NCBI GenBank assembly: GCA_965644295.1
Contig: CBFFRP010000645.1
Coordinates: forward strand, 1 to 64,000
Source: Paraphysomonas bandaiensis
Taxonomy: Eukaryota > Protista > Chrysophyceae
Direction of reading: 5' to 3'
Length of the DNA: 64,000 nucleotides
Part shown: one piece after another, positions 26,932 through 37,700 of the stretch
Numbering within the stretch: position 1 is the first letter of the stretch
Layout: each line of letters opens with the position of its first letter
Program-made: the position numbers and the translations under genes
Notes under the pieces: generated by a model
Databases searched by the model: none
Told to the model about the DNA's origin: nothing
Seen by the model: only the letters and a program-made list of their open reading frames with translations

Positions 26932-29209
26932 ATGCCAGCTATAAATATACCTACAGAAAAATCCCCATTACTACATTCCGTACAGCGGAACTCAAGTCAT
27001 TCATCAATACAAAGTAGTGATGAAGTATTCGCTACATCATACGGTATGAATGATCCTGATAAATCTATTGGACCATATTCAAGCTTCGCATTATTAACCA
27101 ATAATATCGCTGGACCAGGACTCATGTCACTTCCACTTCTTTTTCAAAAATCCGGTATTGTACCTACAGTCTTATGTATAAGTATAATGTGTTGTTGTTC
27201 ATCATTAAGTGCTACGATGTTAGCTGAAACTATTGCATCAATACCAGGAAATACAGAATACAGTATGAATATAGAGTATTCTAATGTATTTGATATCCTG
27301 ATGGGAAATTATGCATATTATATTGCGGAAATATTTTTTATTATGGCATGTATGGTACAAGCCTGTACTGGTTTAGTGGAAACCGCACAAAGTTTAGATT
27401 CTTTTTTAGTATCTTATTTACTAGGTACTACATACGGTATACAACTGTATCCTACCTTAAATATAGTTCAATGGTCACTTGATCATTGTACTACTAAACA
27501 AATTCAATTTGGAAATTGTATACCATTTAATGATTCTGGACCGTTAGTTATAACTTCTGGTTTTATAATTGTGACATTATTATTTTTTCCACTTGGTAGA
27601 GGGCATCTTAAGGAGACAATGATTGTACAAATTATCAGTTTTATTTGTTTATCGGTCTTATTATTCGAATTTGATATTGAGTTTTTAACGAAAGGATTAG
27701 TTCACAGGTAAAACTGCTGCTTGTGCTGTTCAATGCGATTGTATATGCTATATTTACTATGTAGTATTAGTGCTATGTGTTATGTTATATATGTATGTTA
27801 TGTTGTATATGTGTTATATATGTGTGTTATGTTATATATATGTTATGTTATATATGTGTTATATATGTGTGTTATCTTATATATATGCTATACTCTATAT
27901 GTAGTGACTAAGATCATACGCAGGTTGCCATGGTTCGGTACAGCTTATGCTGACCTTATTGGCGTCGTACTATTCAACTATGCCTTTGTTATTACTGTGC
28001 CAGCGTGGTTAATAGGTATGGTGTTTGGTGAATTCACTGTTTCCGTATAGCTTTATGTAGTGGATTAGATGTGCTAGTTTTCTGTAGTATACTTATCAGT
28101 GGTATACATTCTTTCAGAGAAAACTCCTTCGACGAATGTCAACAAGTGTATTTGGAGCGCAGCAATATTTTCTAGCTTGCTCTACGTCTCATTTGGAATG
28201 CTTGCTGCGATGGCATACCATCATGATACAGAAGATATGCTTACAATATTAGCTGGAGACAGTGTAAGTGCTATATTTTGTTGCGGAGAATATGCTATGA
28301 TATGGTATATAAAGTTTGTAGTCATATTATATATATATGTATATATTATTATTATAGTCAGCATTTAACTGCAATTGGCTTTCTGTAGGTCCACCATGTT
28401 ACTAAGGTCTGTGCAGCTTTATTTGGGGTGACTATCATTGGAGCGGGGTAAATTATTTTGTTTTATTATTGCCGAACTTATTTTTCTGGGCAGGGTTCCT
28501 GTATTCTGTGTGATAATTAAAAATACACTATATTCCACGAAGGCTTGCGGGGCACATATGAGCTTTTTCTGGTGAGTCATTGTACGTGTCATAAATACCG
28601 CATAATTTTTAGTAATATATATACTACTATATATACACCCCCGAGTATATTTGTGAAGTAGTACGTACAGTATAATGTGATAGTGATATAGCATGTAGAT
28701 GTCTATGTTGTTTTCTCAAGTGCACACCATGTAATATGTAAATAATGCACTGGGTCGTGTGGGGCGAACAGTTATAGAGTATGGGTTGTTCTCCATCGTA
28801 TCTGAAGTCATTATGATCTCTTTTCTGCAGGGGGTCAGTGTTTCCGTACTGTGTTTCTTGGGCTCTTTATCAGGGATCTCTTCTTATGTCAGTGCTCAAC
28901 TGGGCTGGTCTTATTGTCAACGGTGCTGTAGCGTTTATTTTTCCACTTATCGTGTGCAGAGCATTTTTTTCGAAAACCAATAGCGAGATGCATGAAATTC
29001 AACTGACTCACCTTCGCATATCACCCAAGGACCACGAGGCGGGTACGTTTACATTTGATGAGAGAAGCGAGCCTGCACACACTCAGAAGAGTCTTCCGGA
29101 TTGCCTAGTCAAATATCGTCTCAGAATTGTCGAGGGGATTATTGTTCTTTTTGTAGTAATGATATTCACTACAATAATTTACGATGTCATATCTGGAAGT
29201 GGCCCATAG
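26932..29209 (+). CDS. Amino acid/auxin permease (AAAP, Aa_trans) family transporter, multi-exon
   Basis: SFALLTNNIAGPGLMSLPLLFQKSG, GVVLFNYAFVITVPAW, VLNWAGLIVNG.VAFIFP and many TM segments over several exons. ATG at 26932. Confidence 0.85.
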
Positions 29210-29704
29210 TAGTAGCTGTCATAACACGGCGACAGTGAGCACCCTGACTCATATATACCATATATATGCGTGTCTTATGTACTTAACCAAGTGCATTTAA
29301 AGATACAGTAGTTTCTTGAAATTTTCGACATTGATTAGCGCTGTGTCGTAGATTTCCATGGCTTGAATGGACTGCTTGATGTTTATTCGCATTCGTTTTT
29401 GATAGTTAGGAGTTGTATAGGTATATATGATGTTGTCAATGTTCGTATAATCACATTATCCTAATTTATTTACGGTTAGTTGTTAACGAATAATTCGTTT
29501 ACTATTACCAATACGTAGATGGGGATTCTTCATAAGGGCTTAATTCGCAACGAAATCGTAGTCATTAGCTTCCTGAATATCGCCTGTATTATCACTAATC
29601 TGAATAAATCTTATGATATAGATAAATGTGGAGCTAGGTAATGCGTTATTTCTCTGTGCAAGAGCGATGAACAGTGTCGTCTATGTTCCAGTATCAATAA
29701 TATA

Positions 29705-30035
29705 AACCAGAAATAATAAATGCCACTCTATGAGCCACAATCATTTTAAGTGCTTCTAAAATATTAAGTAGTAAAGGCCTACCAAATGCAATGCTGATAT
29801 GATTCCTACAGCTAGACAGGATCTCGCATCACCGTAATTGTATACGGCTTGAGAATGTTGAAAGTTTCAAGGCACTTCAAACAAGAGGCTCAAGTCAAGA
29901 GAATCTCTATGAACCGGAAACAATGAAACTATATGATCGCTTTTTGAGACTTTCTTTAGGGCTAGGTATTCTATATTTTAATGATCCAAATTTTTTTAAA
30001 AAGTCGCAAAAATCCCATTACGCAGACGAGGAATT
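29705..30035 (+). repeat. Dispersed repeat family C, copy 2 (no hAT insertion)
   Basis: Colinear with 23193-23409 plus 24132-24240. Confidence 0.9.
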
Positions 30036-30427
30036 TAATAAAGTGTGTTGGTGCTATTCTTGTAGCTTCCTTTGAAATAACTCAGAATATATCTGAAACA
30101 CAATCCACCATGAACATTGCTTCACTGAAACTCAGCAATAGGAGTACTTGTAGTAGAAAGGTGAAGGAAGGGTTGATGTCACGGTTTGATGTACTGTACC
30201 GATTACCGATACCTTTTACGTGTATAGCAACACATGTGTATTCACTTAGTATCAAATAGTAAGTCCCTCGTATTACTTCTGAGATACCAAAGTAAATTAC
30301 CACGATTCAAGTGAATGTTTGAAGAATACAGTAAAACGTGACAAGAGCAAATATCTATACTTGGGTTAATATTAGCCAGCCTAGTTGCGGTCGTTGGTCA
30401 AATTATGTGTAGAGCAAACATGCATAA

Positions 30428-31280
30428 CTACATCAACACGCCTGCAGTTCCATTCGCAGCTAAAACTAAAACTGAACATACAGCTACCATCCACGCTATG
30501 CCTCTGTGGGGCTGTAGCTTATAAGCATATGACACTGTGTGGAATATTCGCGACACGGTAAATATGCACACACCAATAATATGAACCTGAGCGCTGAACG
30601 TTGATAACAAGCTCGCCCATGCAACAATAAGCCCCAGGGGGATATTCTCCAAGTCATTGAGAACAATCCTCTGCCAGCGTATGTCCGCCTCTGCATGCTT
30701 TGGATTCGGCTGACCCATCCCGTAGGTCTGCTTGGCTTTATAGAGCTTCGCTAGAGACAGCTGCATGTGTAGCATGAGCAAGATATGGAGTGAGTAAATA
30801 CAATGTACCGTGGAGTCCTCTGGTGGACGAGAGCCGCCAGCGAACCTCCTGCCGCCCTACATATACCATATAACTATACTATATAGTACCCTATAGATAC
30901 CATCGTATACCACACACTGAGACTACAGTCTCTGACCCTACTACCCACTACACCATACGATACTATGCTATACGTGGGTCTATATCTACACATGGATGTC
31001 CATGTCTCTATCTATCTGTATATACGTGTGTATATCTCACTATGTATGTGTATGTATGTGTCTGTATGCCTCTATATATATGTATGTATGTATATACGTG
31101 TATACACACCTGCTGTATATACATGTATATGTCTATGTCTCTCTATGTATGTATGTATGTATATGCGTGTATACGCACCTGTATAAGGATCGTGACAGTG
31201 AACTTCACCAATAAGATAAACGTACACACCATAGTCACTACATGAGCTTCATGGTTAATGGAGAGGTGGGAGGAGGTCAT
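30428..31280 (-). CDS. MAPEG family protein (microsomal glutathione S-transferase-like); exons 31280-31179, 30856-30809, 30760-30428
   Basis: Two phase-0 GT-AG introns give MTSSHL..LLVKFTVTILIQ|GGRRFAGGSRPPEDST|..RWQRIVLNDLENIPLGL..FTVSRIFHTVSY. PED, NDLENIP and R..HT..Y are MGST1-type motifs. Confidence 0.88.
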
Positions 31281-31329
31281 GTTTAGCAGGATTGTATAGC
31301 TTAGATATGATATGGACGACTATATATGC

Positions 31330-31925
31330 ATGTATGTATGTATGTATGTATGTATGTATGTATGTATGTATGTATGTATGTATGTATGTATGTATGTATG
31401 TATGTATGTATGTATGTATGTATGTATGTATGTATGTATGTATGTATGTATGTATGTATGTATGTATGTATGTATGTATGTATGTATGTATGTATGTATG
31501 TATGTATGTATGTATGTATGTATGTATGTATGTATGTATGTATGTATGTATGTATGTATGTATGTATGTATGTGTGTATGTATGTATGTATGTATGTATG
31601 TATGTATGTATGTATGTTTGTATGTATGTATGTATGTATGTATGTATGCATGGATGTATGTATGTATGTATGTATGTATGTATGTATGTATGTATGTATG
31701 TATGTATGTATGCATGTATGTATGTATGTATGTATGTATGTATGTATGTATGTATGTATGTATGTATGTATGTATGTATGTATGTATGTATGTATGTATG
31801 CATGTATGTATGTATGTATGTATGTATGTATGTATGTATGTATGTATGTACAGTATGTATGTATGTATGTATGTATGTATGTATGTATGTATGTATGTAT
31901 GTATGTATGTATGTATGTATGTATG

Positions 31926-31954
<29 letters not shown>
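31330..31954. repeat. (TATG)n microsatellite, ~625 bp, between divergent genes
   Basis: Near-perfect tatg tetranucleotide array with a few substitutions. Confidence 0.98.
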
Positions 31955-31957
<3 letters not shown>

Positions 31958-32180
31958 AAAAGGGTTTTTTTTCTTCGTCGACTTTGCTTAAATACTGCTG
32001 TATATGCTGCTCTTTCACAGCAGTACATACAGCAGCAGTGTACAGTGCAGTCAGTGCAGTCAGTGCATGCATCATATCACAGTCACACATCTTCATAGGC
32101 ATCTTCCAGCATATACACATACCTCCATATATATACACACAACTCACTCTATTAAACTCCTCTCATTATACCATACCATA

Positions 32181-33161
32181 ATGGAAACTACTTCAAATAT
32201 CACTCTAACATGTTCCAATGGATACACTATCACTCCCCAACCCTCTTTATCTATCCAACCAACAGATTCTATGCAACATATTACAACAAATCAACTACAA
32301 CTAACTAACAACAATATAACGGATACATCCCTTCAGGTGTACGTACATACCGAAGAAACATATCTATTACATACATTATTAATTGAAAGTAATGCAAAAT
32401 TTGTAGAAGTATATATACGTATGAATCATGATAAGGATGATCGTTATATAACAACATGCCGTGGTAATAAACTACCTTCTCATGAACTGTATTCTTGTAA
32501 TACGTCAGGTATACTATAGTTATATATTTAACTATGAGATTGTTGAATAGTTTTATTAACAGGCAAATGGAGGTTTAATACACTTGTATTAAAGTTTTTA
32601 TCATTGAAAGGAAGTAAATCATGTCTTACATTAAACACTCTTGCATTTGATGTAACAAAGTATGAAGGATCACCTCAAGTTCCTTCTAATCCATCATTAT
32701 CATCTGCATCTGCCTCTGCTCAAACAGGTGCACAAGAAACCTCTAGTGATGGATTAGGATTCAATATGGGAATGGATACTGCGTCTAGTTTTATGATGTA
32801 TCGAACTATACTTCTTAATGACATGAGGAAACTATTAGATGAGAAGTTAAGGCCTATAGACCAGAGATTATCTCGTCTAGAGTCATCAGTGAATGAGATT
32901 CGTCAACAACAGCAGCAGCGTAAAGCTGTTAATGATCATGTACAAGTAGAGGTGAATCCAAGTAGAGTAGATATGGCCTCCAATGAGGAGGTCGATGATA
33001 TGGACGCAGAAAATTATGAAATAGTTTCAGAATCGCCTGTTGATGGCAGTACAGAGGAGGAAAGTCTTAAGAAGGACATGAGCGCTCTCATATCTCTGCT
33101 TAGAGCTACAAAAACTGAGGACCAAGAACTACAAACTCCCAGTACTAATAGTAGCGGGTAA
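32181..33161 (+). CDS. PAAT / C10orf88 (DUF4506)-like protein; intron 32509-32562
   Basis: IESNAKFVEVY...YITTCRG and LKFLSL resemble the C10orf88 motif (S.AR.MEVY..EYCGTSRG ... KLLS). A coiled-coil follows (KLLDEKLRPIDQRLSRLESSV). A phase-1 intron joins the two ORFs. Confidence 0.6.
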
Positions 33162-33348
33162 TGATGGACTTTTAATAATAATTTACTGTTCCATCAACTA
33201 CACATTTCTAGAAAGAAAGTGCACACTACTCGTGGAGGTTATTGCTTTAGTACATAAGTACCGCTAAGTATAGCCAACGTAACTCTAAATGTGCAACTCT
33301 ACAACAGCGTTTATATTGACTATTGGTCATTTTCACAATCGTTAAGAG

Positions 33349-33453
33349 AAGTTTATTGTAATCACACTAGATAGACTCTTTTATTATATTGCATACACAA
33401 ATTGTTATGTATATATAATAAAAGAGTCTATCCAGTTTAATTACAATAAACTT
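33349..33453. repeat. 105-bp inverted repeat (41-bp arms, 3 mismatches), hairpin/MITE-like
   Basis: aagtttattgtaatcacactagatagactcttttattatat ... atataataaaagagtctatccagtttaattacaataaactt. Confidence 0.9.
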
Positions 33454-33733
33454 ATCCAATGTGGTAGTGGATGGATGTTCATAAAACGCACGGTGTATTT
33501 AGTATTTATATATTCGTTCTGAAACGTATAAGTGTAGAATCAATCTAATACCCTCATTTCTCATTTAGCTAGATCCAAGTAATATATGACAGTCAAGGTC
33601 TAAGGTTGTAGTCGTCGTAACAAGAAAAGTATATTAAATGAAGGTGTCTGAACGAAGGAATGGAGGGTTTAACTTATACTAATATCACTATGTAACATTG
33701 AATGTATGTAATATCCCCTAAACAAAGTTAATC

Positions 33734-33943
33734 TCGCACCGTTTCGTGTTGTTCTGGGGATACGCACCGGAGATATTTCTCCGGGAAACTAATGTGAGCC
33801 GCATATATAGTCAACAGATATTGTTCTGCCCACCCATAGCCAAATGCCAATTGTGTAGACGTCTTTGGGCATTGACGAATAAACAGGTATCCAGAGATGG
33901 GCCCACCCCAAGGGCATCCGGGGTATTGACTTCTTGCTGAAGT
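33734..33943 (-). repeat. Dispersed repeat family B, copy 2
   Basis: Reverse complement of the 3505-3800 segment. Confidence 0.85.
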
Positions 33944-34005
33944 ACATTCATTAGCATCAGTTACTTGCATTATGATCATCTATGATAGGCATTAGTTACC
34001 CATAT

Positions 34006-34108
34006 GCATACCAATGCATCCAATGAGGCATACCAATGCATCCCATGAAGGATGCCAATGCATCCCATGAAGGATACCAATGCATCCCATGAAGCATATC
34101 AATGCATC
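34006..34108. repeat. 22-bp tandem repeat, ~5 copies
   Basis: (c/t)caatgcatc recurs at 34011, 34033, 34055, 34077 and 34099; unit is approximately ataccaatgcatcccatgaagg. Confidence 0.92.
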
Positions 34109-34253
34109 TGTCAATAAAGAATTGTATAATACTCTTTATGTAAAGGTATGAGATGTCGATGTTATCATTAAGGCAGCACTTCGTACAAGCAACAGTTTGT
34201 TATGCAACATACTGCTGTAGACTGTACGTAGATATATACCGGTATATACACAC

Positions 34254-34666
34254 AAATACATAAAAGTTGTCGGTTTTCCAACAAAAGTAGGGTTTTCGAA
34301 ACGTAATACGCTAACACACTATTTTTCATATATTTTAGTTCACGTAGTATATAAATAGGTCTACAAATAGGTATATAAGTACGTATGTACAGTCCTCCTG
34401 TGTGTATATATAACTCTATATGCATATATAGAGTATATACAGTATATGAAAGTATGTAAGTGGTGCTGATTTGGGGAAATACATAAAAGCTGTTGGTTTT
34501 CCAAGAAAAGTAGGCTTTTCGCACCTCCAGTGTGCTCCAATACACTATTTTTCATAGATTTTAGTTCACGTAGTATACAAATAGGTCTATAAATAGGGAT
34601 ATAAGTCCATGTATGTATGTATGTACAGTCCTCTTGTGTGTATATATAACTCTATATGCATATATA
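34254..34666 (+). repeat. Diverged tandem duplication (~180-190 bp x2) directly upstream of the ATG at 34721
   Basis: 34254-34430 and 34477-34666 share aaatacataaaag..ggttttccaa.aaaagtagg, acactatttttcata.attttagttcacgtagtata and tgtgtgtatatataactctatatgcatatata. Confidence 0.9.
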
Positions 34667-34720
34667 TATACATATACACACTATTAAGTAGATCATATTC
34701 ACACAACACACATTACATAC

Positions 34721-37700
34721 ATGGCTAATATCGCCAAGACATCACCAGCAGTCTATCGTGGGTCATCATTTGGTATTAAATCCTCATCCCAGCCCTCCTC
34801 TCTACCGGTTCATCCTCTTAATCCCTGGTATCTATCATCAGGTGAACACACGCTCTATCTACCCAGTTACATGCTCTATGTGTGTGTTACATGCTCTATG
34901 TGTGTGTTACATGCTCTATGTGTGTGTTACATGCTCTATGTGTGTGTTACATGCTCTATGTGTGTGTTACATGCTCTATGTGTGTGTTACATGCTCTATG
35001 TGTGTGTTACATGCTCTATGTGTGTGTTACATGCTCTATGTGTGTGTTACATGCTCTATGTGTGTGTTACATGCTCTATGTGTGTGTTACATGCTCTATG
35101 TGTGTGTTACATGCTCTATGTGTGTGTTACATGCTCTATGTGTGTGTTACATGCTCTATGTGTGTGTTACATGCTCTATGTGTGTGTTACATGCTCTATG
35201 TGTGTGTTACATGCTCTATGTGTGTGTTACATGCTCTATGTGTGTGTTACATGCTCTATGTGTGTGTTACATGCTCTATGTGTGTGTTACATGCTCTATG
35301 TGTGTGTTACATGCTCTATGTGTGTGTTACATGCTCTATGCGTGTGTTACATGCTCTATGTGTGTGTTACATGCTCTATGTGTGTGTTACATGCTCTATG
35401 TGTGTGTTACATGCTCTATGTGTGTGTTACATGCTCTATGTGTGTGTTACATGCTCTATGTGTGTGTTACATGCTCTATGCGTGTGTTACATGCTCTATG
35501 TGTGTGTTACATGCTCTATGTGTGTGTTACATGCTCTATGTGTGTGTTACATGCTCTATGTGTGTGTTACATGCTCTATGTGTGTGTTACATGCTCTATG
35601 TGTGTGTTACATGCTCTATGTGTGTGTTACATGCTCTATGTGTGTGTTACATGCTCTATGTGTGTGTTACATGCTCTATGTGTGTGTTACATGCTCTATA
35701 TGTGTGTGTTACATGCTCTATGTGTGTGTTACATGCTCTATGTGTGTGTTACATGCTCTATGTGTGTGTTACATGCTCTATGTGTGTGTTACATGCTCTA
35801 TGTGTGTGTTACATGCTCTATGTGTGTGTTACATGCTCTATATGTGTGTGTTACATGCTCTATGTGTGTGTTACATGCTCTATGTGTGTGTTACATGCTC
35901 TATGTGTGTGTTACATGCTCTATGTGTGTGTTACATGCTCTATGTGTGTGTTACATGCTCTATGTGTGTGTTACATGCTCTATGTGTGTGTTACATGCTC
36001 TATGTGTGTGTTACATGCTCTATGTGTGTGTTACATGCTCTATGTGTGTGTTACATGCTCTATGTGTGTGTTACATGCTCTATGTGTGTGTTACATGCTC
36101 TATATGTGTGTGTTACATGCTCTATGTGTGTGTTACATGCTCTATGTGTGTGTTACATGCTCTATGTGTGTGTTACATGCTCTATGTGTGTGTTACATGC
36201 TCTATGCGTGTGTTACATGCTCTATGTGTGTGTTACATGCTCTATGTGTGTGTTACATGCTCTATGTGTGTGTTACATGCTCTATGTGTGTGTTACATGC
36301 TCTATGTGTGTGTTACATGCTCTATGTGTGTGTTACATGCTCTATGCGTGTGTTACATGCTCTATGTGTGTGTTACATGCTCTATGTGTGTGTTACATGC
36401 TCTATGTGTGTGTTACATGCTCTATGTGTGTGTTACATGCTCTATGTGTGTGTTACATGCTCTATGTGTGTGTTACATGCTCTATGTGTGTGTTACATGC
36501 TCTATGTGTGTGTTACATGCTCTATGTGTGTGTTACATGCTCTATGTGTGTGTTACATGCTCTATATGTGTGTGTTACATGCTCTATGTGTGTGTTACAT
36601 GCTCTATGTGTGTGTTACATGCTCTATGTGTGTGTTACATGCTCTATGTGTGTGTTACATGCTCTATGTGTGTGTTACATGCTCTATGTGTGTGTTACAT
36701 GCTCTATATGTGTGTGTTACATGCTCTATGTGTGTGTTACATGCTCTATGTGTGTGTTACATGCTCTATGTGTGTGTTACATGCTCTATATGTGTGTGTT
36801 ACATGCTCTATGTGTGTGTTACATGCTCTATGTGTGTGTTACATGCTCTATGTGTGTGTTACATGCTCTATGTGTGTGTTACATGCTCTATGTGTGTGTT
36901 ACATGCTCTATGTGTGTGTTACATGCTCTATGTGTGTGTTACATGCTCTATGTGTGTGTTACATGCTCTATGTGTGTGTTACATGCTCTATGTGTGTGTT
37001 ACATGCTCTATGTGTGTGTTACATGCTCTATGCGTGTGTTACATGCTCTATATGTGTGTGTTACATGCTCTATGTGTGTGTTACATGCTCTATGTGTGTG
37101 TTACATGCTCTATGTGTGTGTTACATGCTCTATGTGTGTGTTACATGCTCTATGCGTGTGTTACATGCTCTATGTGTGTGTTACATGCTCTATGTGTGTG
37201 TTACATGCTCTATGTGTGTGTTACATGCTCTATGTGTGTGTTACATGCTCTATGTGTGTGTTACATGCTCTATGTGTGTGTTACATGCTCTATGTGTGTG
37301 TTACATGCTCTATGTGTGTGTTACATGCTCTATATGTGTGTGTTACATGCTCTATGTGTGTGTTACATGCTCTATGTGTGTGTTACATGCTCTATGTGTG
37401 TGTTACATGCTCTATGTGTGTGTTACATGCTCTATGTGTGTGTTACATGCTCTATGTGTGTGTTACATGCTCTATGTGTGTGTTACATGCTCGTGTGTGT
37501 TACATGCTCTATGTGTGTGTTACATGCTCTATGCGTGTGTTACATGCTCTATGTGTGTGTTACATGCTCTATGCGTGTGTTACATGCTCTATCTACACAG
37601 TTACATGCTCTATGCGTGTGTTACATGCTCTATGTGTGTGTTACATGCTCTATGTGTGTGTGTTACATGCTCTATGTGTGTGTTACATGCTCTATATGTG

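Noticed and set aside
31255-32147. HTYI / MYVC repeat ORFs
   Set aside because: Translations of the (TATG)n microsatellite.
34284-34295. Telo-box-like tagggtttt and similar motifs near other gene starts (18432, 26538)
   Set aside because: Single short imperfect matches in AT-rich DNA cannot be distinguished from chance without genome-wide counts.
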